Source: Ranitomeya imitator
Lineage: Eukaryota
DNA length: 64,000 bases
Assembly: GCF_032444005.1 (NCBI RefSeq)
Contig: NC_091286.1
Location: forward strand, 331,204,001-331,268,000
Direction of reading: 5' to 3'
This document shows, one piece after another, positions 50,001 to 62,000 of this stretch. Both the position numbers and the translations under genes were made by a program. The notes under the pieces are model-generated. The model was not told the DNA's origin. It worked only from the letters and a program-made list of their open reading frames with translations, and made no database searches. How positions within the stretch are numbered: position 1 is the first letter of the stretch; every line of letters starts with the position of its first letter.

Positions 50001-53000
50001 TGGGCAATACACTACGTGTCTGGGCAATACACTACGTGTCTGGGCAATATACTACGTGACTAGCCAATATACTACGTGTCTGTGCTGTATGCTACGTGTC
50101 TGTGCTGTATACTACGTGGCTGTGCTATATACTACGTGGCTGGGCAATATACTACGTGGCTGGCCAATATACTACGTGTCTGTGCTGTATAGTACGTGTC
50201 TGTGCTGTATACTACGTCTCTGTGCAATATACTACGTGGCTGAGCAATATACTACGTGACTTGGCAGCTGGGCAATATACTACATGACTGGGCTTTATAC
50301 TACGTGACTGGGCAATATACTACGTGACTGAGCAATATACTACGTGACTGGGCAATATACTAAGTGACTGGGCAATATACTACGTCACTGGGCGATATAC
50401 TACGTAGCTGAGCAATATACGACGTGGCTGGGCGATATAGTACGTGGTTGGGGATATAGTACGTGGCTGGGCAATGTAGTACGTGGCTGGGCGATATAGT
50501 ACGTGGCTGGGCAATATAGTACGTCGCTGGGCAGTATACTACGTGGCTGGGCAGTATACTACGTGGCTGGGCAGTATACTACGTTGGCTGGGCAATATAG
50601 TACGTGGGCTGTGCAATATACTACGTGGACATGCATATTCTAGAATACCCGATGCGTTAGAATCGGGCCACCATCTAGTTCATAATATAAGTGTTTGTGA
50701 CCCGACTTTTTACCAGTCTCAGTTCTTTTTCCGAAGTCCAAACACTTTGAACAAGGACATGGCTCAAGTGAGCAGTAATTAGAACTGCTTTGGAAACTGC
50801 AGTTGGTGGGGGATGGGAATTGTGATTGTGCAGGACTAATAGCAGCTCTGGATCAGGAGGAGGTGAGCATCTCGCTGTTGTATAGAAAGCAGAGTTGAGT
50901 GATATCTCAGGACTTAACTCCTCAACCTATATTGTATCTGCTGTATTCACTCAGTAAGGTTCTGGTGATTGATTGCATTGAAAAAAAGCTGTTCACTCAC
51001 TTTGGCCTCGCTCATCAAGACCGACCTTATTTTTTACACTGTTCTTAACCCCTTCACCCCAAAGCCTGTTTTCACCTAAGTGACAGGGCCAATTTTTACA
51101 ATTCTGACCACTGTCACTTTATGAGGTTATAACTCTGAAACGCTTCAACGGATCCTGGTGATTCTGACACTGTTTTCTCGTGACATATTGTACTTCATGG
51201 TAGTGGTAAAACTTCTTCGATATGACTTGCATTTATTTGTGAAAAAAACAAAAATTTGTCGGAAATTATGAAAATTTAGCAATTTTCAAACTCTTAGTTT
51301 TTCTGCCCTTAAATTAGAGAGTTATATCACATAATATAGTTAATAAACAACATTTCCCACATGTCTGCTTTACATCAGCACAATTTTGGAAACATAATTT
51401 TTTTTTGTTAGGACGTTATAAGGGTTAAAAGTTGACCAGCGATTTCTCATTTTTGCAACAAAATTTGCAAAACCATTTTTTTACGGACCACCTCACACTT
51501 GAAGTGACTTTGAGGGTTCTATATGACAGAAAATGCCCAAAAGTGACACCATTCTAAAAACTGCACCCCTCAAGGTACTCAAAACCACATTCAAAAAGTT
51601 TATTAACCCTTCAGGTGCTTCACAGGAATTTTTTGAATGTTTAAAAAAAATTGAACATTTAACTTTTTTTTCACAAAATTTTTACTTCAGGTCCAATTTG
51701 TTTCATTTTACCAAGGGTAACAGGAGAAATTGGACCACAAAAGTCGTTGTACAATTTTGTCCTGAGTACGCCGATACCCCATATGTGGGGGTAAACCACT
51801 GTTTGGGCACATGGCAGAGCTCGGAAGGGAAGGAGCGCTATTTGACTTTTCAATGCAAGATTTGCTGGAATTGAGATCGGAGCCCATGTCACGATTGGAG
51901 AGCCCCTGATGTGCCTAAACAGTGGAAACCCCCACAAGTGACACCATTTTGGAAAGTAGACCCCCTAAGGAACTAATCTAGATGTGTGGTGAGCACTTTG
52001 AACCTCCAAGTGCTTCACAGAAGTTTATAATGTAGAGCCGTAAAAAAATTTTTTTTATTAATTTTCACAAAAAATGATCTTTTTGCCCCAAATTTTTTAT
52101 TTTTCCAAGGGTAAAAGGATAAATTGGACCCCAAAAGTTGTTGTGCAATTTGTCCTGAGTACGTCGATACTTCATATATGGGGATAAACCACTGTTTGAG
52201 TGCATGGCAGAGCTCGGAAGGGAAGGAGTGCCGTTTGACTTTTCAATGCAAAATTGGCTGGAATTGAGATCGGACGCCATGTCGCATTTGGAGAGCCCCT
52301 GACGTGCCTTAACAGTGGAAACCCCCAACAAGTGACCCCATTTTGGAAAGAAGACCCCCCTAAGGAACTTATCTAGATGTGTGGTGAGCACTTTTAACCC
52401 CCAATTGTTTCACTAAAGTTTAGAATGTAGCATTGTGAAAATTAAAAAATCATTTTTTCTTTCCACAAAATGATGTTTTAGCCCGCAATTTTTTTTTTCC
52501 CAAGGGTAACAGGAGAAATTGGACCACAAATGTTATTGTCCAATTTGTCCTGAGTACGCTGATACCCCACATGTGGGGGGGAACCACCGTTTGAGTGCAT
52601 GGCAGAGCTCGGAAGGGAAGGAGCACCGTTTGAAATGCAGACTTAGATGGAATGGACTGCAGGTGTCATGTTGCATTTGCAGAGCCCCTGATGTACCTAA
52701 ACAGTAGAAACCCCCACAAGTGACCCCATATTGGAAACTAGACCCCCCAAGGAACTTATCTAGATGTGTTGTGAGAGCTTTGAACCAACAAGTGTTTCAC
52801 TACAGTTTATAACGCAGAGCCGTGAAAATAAAAAATATTTTTTTTTCCACGAAAATGATATTTTATTCCCTATGTTTTTATTTTCCCAAGGGTAACAGGA
52901 CAAATTGGACCCCAAAAGTTGTTGTCCAACTTGTCCTGAGAACGCTGATAACCCATATGTTGGGGGGAACCACTGTTTGGGTGCACGGCAGAGCTCGAAA

Positions 53001-56000
53001 GGGAAGGAGCGCCATTTGAAATGCAGACTTAGATGGATTGGTCTGCAGGCGTCATGTTGCATTTGCAGAGCCCCTGATGTACCTAAACAGTAGAAACCCC
53101 CCACAAGTGACCCCATATTGGAAACTAGACCCCCAAAGGAACTTATCTAGATGTGTTGTGAGAGCTTTGAACCAACAAGTGTTTCACTACAGTTTATAAC
53201 GCAGAGCCGTGAAAATAAAAAATATTTTTTTTTCCACGAAAATGATATTTTATCCCCTATGTTTTTATTTTCCCAAGGGTAACAGGACAAATTGGACCCC
53301 AAAAGTTGTTGTCCAACTTGTCCTGAGAACGCTGATACCCCATATGTTGGGGGGAACCACTGTTTGGGCACACAAGAGAACTCGGAAGGGAAGGAGCCCT
53401 GTTTTACTTTTTCAAAGCAGAATTGGCTGGAATTGAGATCGGACGCCATGTCGCGTTTGGAGAGCCCCTGATGTGCCTAAACAGTGGAAACCCCCAATTA
53501 TAACTGAAACCCTAACCCCAACCCTAACCCTAGCCCTAACCCTAGCCCTAACCCTAGCCCTAATGGGAAAATGGAAATAAATACATTTTTTTACATTTTA
53601 TTATTTTTCCCTAACTAAGGGGGTGATGAAGGGGGGTTTGATTTACTTTTATAGCGTTTTTTTGGCGGATTTTTATGATTGGCAGCTGTCACACACTAAA
53701 AGACGCTTTTTATTGCAAAAAATAGTTTTTGCATCACCACATTTTGAGAGCTATAATTTATCCATATTTTGGCCCACAGAGTCATATGAGGTCTTGTTTT
53801 TTGCGGGACGAGTTGACGTTTTTATTGGTAACATTGTCGGGCAGATGAAATTTTTTGATCGCTTTTTATTCCGATTTTTGGGAGGCGGAATGAACAAAAA
53901 CCAGCAATTCCTGAATTTCTTTTAGGGGGGGCGTTTATACCGTTCCACGTGTGGTAAAATGGATAAAGCAGTTTATTGTACAGCGATACCTCATTTATGT
54001 AATTTTTTTAATGTTTTGGCGCTTTTACACAATAAAAACTATTTTATATAAAAAAATAATTGTTTTTGCATCGCATTATTCTGAGAGCTATAACTTTTTT
54101 ATTTTTCTGCTGATGATGCTGTATGGCGGCTTTTTTTTTGCGGGACAAGATGACGTTTTCAGCGGTACCATGGTTATTTATATCCGTCGTTTTGATCGCG
54201 TTATTCCACTTTTTGTTCGCCTGTATGATAATAAAGCGTTGTTTTTTTGCCTTGTTTTTTTTTTTTCTCTTTTTTTTTGCGGTGTTCACTGAAGGGGTTA
54301 ACTAGTGGGATAGTTTTATAGAGCGGGTCGTTACGGACGCGGCGATACCAAATATGTGTACATTTATTGTTTTTTTTTTTTTTTTAATATAAATAAATGG
54401 ATTTATTGGGAAATGTTTTTTTTTTTTTTTATTTGGGAATTTTTTTAAATTTTTTTTTTTACACATTCTATTTTTTTTTTTTTAACTTTCTAACATTGTC
54501 CCAGGGTGGGACATCACTGTATTAGATCAGATCGTTGATCTGACACTCTGCATAGCACTTTGTCAGATCAACGATCTGACAGGCAGCTTAGCTGGCTTCC
54601 AGCGCCTACTCTCAGCAGGCGCCGGCTAGCCAGGTCACTTCATGACCCGGAAGGAGTCCGGCGGCCATCTTGGATCCGGGGACTCCTTCCGGGTCACCGG
54701 AGCAACGCGATCTCATTGCGTTGCTCCGGTGGGAGAGCGCAGGGAGCCCCCGTCCCTGCGCGATCCCCCTCTATGCCGCTGTCACTACTGACAGCGGCAT
54801 CAGAGGGGTTAAATGCCCGCGATCGGCGATAGCGCCGATCGTGGGCATTGCTGCGGGGTGTCAGCTGTCGTATACAGCTGACACCCGCACCCGATCACCG
54901 CGGCGCTCAGCGCGAGACCGCGGTGATCGGTGCGCCGTACTAGTACTGCTGCTGGCACTAATGCAGTGCCGGCAGCGCAGTACTAGTACGGCGCGTGTCG
55001 CGAAGGGGTTAAAGATGGAACATACTGGATTCAGTCAAATGCCTGTGTGTGCACCTCAACACAAATCTTCAGTCTAAGACTGCAGTAAAACTTATACAAA
55101 AAAAATGACTAGCACCTCCAAACAGAATAAGACAAGTGTGAATAGTTGCAAGCCGTCACGACTATTCAAGATAAACCTGAAAGTACAGCTGCTGTTTGAA
55201 ATGCTGTAATCTGCAAATATTGAATTAAACATTGAATTAGCATTTGAGTGGAGCTGTATTTTCTTTGTTATATGGACTCAGATTTGTTATGTAAGGAATG
55301 CCGCTGCTCATCATGAATTTTACAAGCCAAGCTTTCAACGTCCCCGTTCTACTTCAGCTCCAACCATTTTGCCAGCGTTGGGTGGAAATCACTTGAGTGC
55401 GAAAAATCGCAAAATTTTAGCCCAACCTAGTGTTGCGCCTAAATTTTGTGACTCTTATTTTTTTCATTAAAAACACCAGCCCACACAATTTGAATGATGT
55501 TCCTGGGGTTTTTCCACCGTCGCTCAAATCTACTTTGAAAAATCCTGCGCATTGTACCGTAGAGGTAGAGCCACACTTCAGCAGTGTCGATTGAGGAGCC
55601 TCGTATCCTGCACAAAACCAGCCCCTACCCTGTCATATGTCACTGGAAATGTAACGGTTCCCAAATTATCGGTACAACAAACCCTCTGGAAAAGTGACAT
55701 GACTCCCGCCCCCTCAAATAAAATCCAGTGAACTCTGCTTCTAAATCTGCCCCCCTGCTGAGCCCCACTGTGCCTAAATCACAGTAAGCAGACACATGTT
55801 TGGCAGTATTGTTGTAGGGAGGACACAATTTACAGGGTGCGTGTCTCCAGAAACACAAACTGAGCACAATGAATGGAGTTGATGGAACACATCAGCTTCT
55901 CAGGCTGCCCTCACATGTGAACACAATTCTCTGTCTGCAGCCTAAATTTATAACTTTGGTCTGAGGTCAGGTTTCTAGACCGGCCCCTCAGGTTAATATC

Positions 56001-59000
56001 ATAATTGCTGGCTTGTTGATTGGCCACGGCCGCTCTACTAATGAATATATATTATTTTCCTCTTGATACACTTGTGACCAGGTTCCCAGGAATACATCAC
56101 CTCAGGCCGCAATTTAGCATCTCCCCTCCATGACCTCAGAGGTGCCAAATGTTACCTTCTTCTTGGCTCTAGCTAGACCTCCTGGTGTGATATGGAGACA
56201 CAATTTCTACTAGTCCCAAGGAAGTACCTATTAAAACCTAGGTGCGACTTGCCTTCAGGACAATCTGTTCCACCCAAATTTATGTTCCAAAAATCAAGTA
56301 GAGTTCTTAACCTTTTGGATCAACAGCAGTTTTTGATCACATATGAGATATCGCCACGTTCGTGAGAAATTGTGTAACAAATTATGGGGTTCATTTTCTC
56401 CTATTAGTCCTTTTGAAAATTACAAACTTCGGACATTTTACTGGAAAAAAAAAACTGTTTTCATTATCACAGTCAAATGATATAAAGTTTTGTGCAGCAC
56501 CCAGGGGTTTAAATTTTTAAACACACACCTATATGAATTCATTGTGGGATTCAGTTTCCTAAGTGGGGTCACTTGTGGGGGTTTCCCTTGTTCTGGTACT
56601 TCAGCGGCTCTGCAAATGCGACATGGTGTCTGCAAGCTATTCCAAACAAATTTATGCTCCATATATAACAAATAGCGCTTCTTCCCTTCCGAGCCTTGTT
56701 GGGTGAACAAGCAGCGTTGTCCGACCACATATGGGGTATTGCCACGCTCAGGAGAAATTGCGTAATACATTTTAGGGTCCGTTTTCTCTTATTCTTTGTG
56801 AAAATGAAATACTTTAGTGGCAAAATGTCATTTTTCATTTTCTTTTATTCCACTTCGCCTTAACTCCTGTGTAGCACTAGAATGGTTAACAAATTTCTTA
56901 ACAGACGTTTATAATTATTTAAGGGGTTCAGATTTTACAATGTCATTTTTGTGGGTTTTCTGATAATACAAGTCCCTTCAAAACTGAGTAGGTCTGTAAA
57001 AAATTGGATTTGTAAATTTCCTTGAAAATAATGAAAAATGCAGCTTACTTTGAACCCTTCTGACTTCAGAAGAAAATAAAAGGACGTCTGAAAAATGATG
57101 CTCAAATAAAGTAGACGTTTGGGAAATTTTATTAAAGGGAACCTGTCACCTCCCTCAGGCGTTTGTAACTAAAAAAGCCACAAATGCTGCATTCTGACAA
57201 GGTGGCTCTTTTAGTTATGATGCCTGCACACGCTGAAATAAACGTTTATAAAATGTGCCCCCTCATACCTTGAAACCGTCCGGGAGGCGGGACTTTCCTT
57301 CCTTTTCAGACGCAGCGCAACCGTCACTCCGGGCCTGTGCGCGCCGGGCGCCGCCTCCTCTTGCATCATTATCGTCCCCGGCGCCTGCGCTTTAAGTACA
57401 AAGGGCAGCGCAACTGCGCATGCCCGAAAAAAAAACTTAATGCGCAGGTGCCGGGGGCGATAATGCTGCAAGAGGAGGCGGCGCACAGGCCCGGAGTGAC
57501 GGTTGTGCTGCGTCTGATAAGGAAGGAAAGTCCCGCCTCCCGTACGGTTTCACGGTATGAGGGGGCACATTTTATAAACGTTTATTTCAGCGTGTGCAGG
57601 CATCATAACTAAAAGAGCCACCTTGTCAGAATGCAGCCTTTGTGAAGCACAAGATGGCTCTTTTAGTTACAAACGCCTGAGGGGAGGTGACAGGCTCCCT
57701 TTAATTGTTTCCTGTGGTATGACTGACTATCAGGTTTAAAGATCTAAGCGTTCAAAGTTTGAAAATCGCTATTTTTTTCTAAGTTTACATTAAAATTTCT
57801 GATATTTTCGCAAAAAAAGCCCAAAAAACTTAAGTTTACCGATTTTACTATGAAGTACATTGTGATACGAAAGAACAATGTCAGAGTCACCAGGATATAG
57901 AGTCATTTCAGAGTTATCTACTATATAATTGTCTACGGGTCACTTCCGTCTTTCTGTCTGTCCTTCTGTTGCGGCCTCTGTCTGTCATGGAAATCCAAGT
58001 CGCTGATTGGTCGCGGCAAAACAGCCACGACCAATCGGCAACGGGCATAGTCCGGAAGAAAATGGCCGCTCCTTACTCCCCGCAATCAGTGCTCGGCGCC
58101 CACATACTCCCCTCCAGTCACCGCTCACACAGGGTTAATGCCGGTGGTAACGCACCGCGTTATGCCGCAGGTAACGCACTCCATAACTGCTGCTATTAAC
58201 CCTGTGTGTCCCCAGCTTTTTACTATTGATGCTGCCTATGCGGCATCAATAGTAAAAAGATCTAATGTTAAAAATAATAATAATAATAAAAAAAAACCTG
58301 CTATTCTCACCCTCCGTCATCCGACCATGCGCTCGCTCCTGCCATTTGCCTTTCCCGTTCCTCGCGACGCCCCAGTGACCGCTCCATGCATTGTGATCTC
58401 GCGAGATGATGACATAGCGGTCTTGTGAGACCGCTACGTCATCTCGCGAGAGTGAGACAAGGAAAAACAAGAGGGCAGCTGGAAGGTGGCGGGAATCGCC
58501 ACGGGAGCAGAGGCTTTGAACCTGGGATGGGGGAAGGTAACGTGGGAGGAGGAGGAGCAGAGCGGCCAAGGTGAGGCGCCTCAGTCCCCACGGCGAGCAA
58601 GGTGCCCAGTGCTGCCGGCGCTGTACGTCCTGACTGCTGCTTCTGACAGGTGCCGGTCTGTGCGAGACCCCAGCCCGGGAGCCGGCTGGACATGTACGTG
58701 TAGGAGGGGATGGCGGCACCATGGTGGATGAACTGTTCTGTAAAGTTGTCTCCATTATTACACTACGTGGCCTGTGTTATACACTACCTGGCCTGTGTTA
58801 TACACTACGTGGTCTGTGTTATATACTGCGTGCGTGGGCTGTTATATACTACTTGGCTGTGTTACATGCTATGTGGGCTGTTATGCACTCCGTGGGCTGT
58901 GTTATATACTCCGTGGGCTGTGCTATATACTCCGTGGGCTGTGCTATATACTCCGTGGGCTGTGCTATATACTCCGTGGGCTGTGCTATATACTCCGTGG

Positions 59001-62000
59001 GCTGTGTTATGTACTATGTGGCTGTGCAATATACTGCGTGGCTGTGCAATATACTACGTGGCTGTGCTATTTACTACGTGGGCTGTTATATACTACGTGG
59101 CTGTGCTATATACTCCGTGGGCTGTGTTATGTACTACGTGGCTGTGCAATATACTACGTGGCTGTGCTATTTACTACGTGGGCTGTTATATACTACGTGG
59201 CCGGCCGTGAACAATCAGCAACAGGCGCAGTCCGGCCATGAATTGGCGCGGGATTTGAACCACGCTTCGCTAATTGGTCGCGGCCGGCCGAATCCTGTGT
59301 ATTCAATGTATTATTCTAAAATCTTCATAAATAAACTAAATACATATTCTAGAATACCCGATGCGTTAGAATCGGGCTACCATCTAGTTACCACATAAAG
59401 TGACACTGGTTAGATTTGAAAAACGTGGCTTGGATATTAAGCTTAAAACTGGCTCTGTCAGTAAGGGGTTAAAGGGGATCTGTCACCATGTTTGAGAGCA
59501 GCACGATGGTGTGAAATCTACCTTAGAAAGCAAATAATTGTATCCAATTCGCCTTTTATGCATATTTTTCTATGTTTTTATTATTAATAGGTATTATCAA
59601 GAGCTTTTCGGAACAGGTTTGTGGAGCTGCATTATGACGAATTGCCAAGTGCTGAACTGGAAACCATTTTGCACAAACGCTGTTGCCTGCCTCCATCATA
59701 CTGTAATAAGCTGGTTGCTGTGATGTTAGAGCTGCAGGTAAATGCTCTGTGACATGAAGAGGGATAGCACTGACTATATAGAATCTTGCCTTCTAACGCC
59801 ATATGGCTTCATTCATTCTTTAGTCACATAGAAGAGGATCCTCTGTGTTTGCCGGAAAGCACGGATTTATCACACTACGCGATCTCTTCAGATGGGCTGA
59901 AAGATACCGCTTATCAGAACAAACCGAAAAAGATTATGACTGGCTACAGCACTTGGCCAACGACGGTACAGCTGCTTGTGTCTATGAAGAGATCAATGGT
60001 GCTGGTGACCAGTTAGATCTGACCAATTTGTCTGTTCATTTAGGTTTCTTGCTGCTTGCTGGCCGAGTGAGAAAACAGGAGGAGGTTGATGTAATCTTAA
60101 AAGTCATAAAAAAGTGCTTCAAGAAAGAAGTAGTGCCAGACGTCCTCTTCTCCATGGATAGTGTTCAAAAGCAATTGGGCAAGTATTCAAGGGTTAGGGC
60201 CTTCCATGAAAAGCTGATAAAGGGGTTGTCTATTTCTTTTTCTTCTTTTTTTTTTAAATACTGGTTCCCTAGTTTAAAGTAAAAATAAGGTACTCGCTTT
60301 CGGCACAGGAATTGCTACAGTGATGTTGGAAGAAAGTCTCGAATGACCCACATGACATTTTTATGCCTCAAGAACACTGTAGCCAATCAGCAGCTTCTAA
60401 TGTGCTGCAGTTCTCACACATTTGGTTGTCAGAGGATCAACTTCTGATTGGCTGCAGTGCTCATGTGCCATATCCTTGTCATGTGAACCCTGGAAGATTT
60501 GGGGTGAGTTATGATTATTTTTTTTTTTTTTATACCGTGGAACATAGTATTTAAAGAGAAACTGTCAGCTGTTTTTTGCTATGCAATCTGAGAGCAGCAT
60601 GACGTAGGGGCGGAGACACTGATTTCAGCAATATGTCGCTTATTAGGCTGCGAGCTGTTGTTGCAGGAGATTATCACTGCTCGACCAGCTGCCAAGATAC
60701 ATTCTGGTCCAACCACACCCCATCACTGATTAGTAGCTTATAGTCAATACACAGAAAGCTGCTAATCGGCGGAGTCAGCTTTTTGAGCTCTGCTGAGTTG
60801 TGAAACATCACTGGAATCTGGGTCTTTTTCTTTACATTATGCTGCTCTCACATGAAATGACAAAAACCTGATGACCGATTCCCTTTAAGAAGGATTTATC
60901 CAAGTAATAGACAATCCCTGTAACCTTAAACCTAATTCTTCAGTAGTTTCATGGACAGTATGCTCCTTATGCGATTGATCTTGGCAGGTAAAATAGTATT
61001 TGTTTTTAATATAGAAGTTTATTATTGATGCATATAGTTAGTACATGGTTCTCCATCACTGTATTGCATCTGTTTTCCTTTTACATTTTTCTCCATGCCC
61101 AAATGTTCAGACACCTGTAGCTTTCCAGAATACATATGATAAGATGTATTTATCAGCATTGAATGTTAGTGGATTGTAGTGTTTAGACAGGAATCTGCGT
61201 CTGGATATTCACCGCAGGTAACTTGCATCACAAGAAGCTTTTTCCAAGTCCATTTCTATCTCAGAATCCAGAGATTTTTTGACTTCTGGAGAAGAAATCG
61301 CATAGCCTGATGTAAATGTGTTTTTTTTTTTTTTATTGCAGAGAAATTGTCTGTTTTAGGTGATGCAATGGATCATAATTTTTCACATGTCGTATGGACT
61401 CAAGGAATGAGAAGGCTTGCAGTTCTCGTGGGTCGAGCCTTGGAATTTGGTGAACCTATATTGCTTGTAGGGGATACAGGGTTAGTTTCTGTTTTTAATT
61501 CAGTAATTTTGTTCTTTTATTAGTGTCTCTTATTTTACAGTCTCTTCCCTTTCATTTTATAGATGTGGCAAAACCACCATTTGCCAATTGTTTGCAGCTT
61601 TGCAAAATCAGAAGCTTTACTCTGTTAACTGTCATCAACACATGGAAACCTCAGATTTTTTGGGAGGGCTGCGACCTGTCAGACACAAGTCCAAAGACAA
61701 AGTAAGTTTATTCTCGAGTTGCATGGATTGGTTTGTCACTGCTGTGTTTGCCAGTAATGAATATATTTCTCTATAGGATGAGGATGATGACGACAGCTCC
61801 AAGCTGTTTGAGTGGCATGATGGTCCATTAGTATTGGCTATGGTGGAAGATGGATTTTTCTTGTTGGATGAAATTTCACTTGCAGATGACTCTGTATTGG
61901 AGAGATTAAACAGGTAAATCATTCATATGTGGTAGGTGGTGGCTTAACAGTTTATTGTGGGTTTTAGACAGCTATGTGATTTACAAATATTGAAGAAATG

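Larger units (their letters stand above)
55620..59468 (-). mobile_element. piggyBac-like element in reverse orientation, interrupted by a T2 MITE and Helitron copy 2
   Basis: 57860-57916 plus 59388-59468 form the reverse complement of the family left arm, ending AAGGGG|TTAA; 56300-57060 matches the ~390-bp unit in reverse; left boundary approximate. Confidence 0.7.

Noticed and set aside
49975-50625. CRISPR-like array appearance of the 20-bp repeats
   Set aside because: Head-to-tail units without unique spacers, no cas genes, eukaryotic intron.
58710-59398. 155-225-aa ORFs with YSVGCAI/LRGLCYI repeats
   Set aside because: Translation of the Helitron 20-21-bp tandem array; open in all three frames.
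60183-60188. GT donor (GTATTC) for exon 19
   Set aside because: Gives phase 2 where phase 1 is needed to join exon 20; poor consensus.
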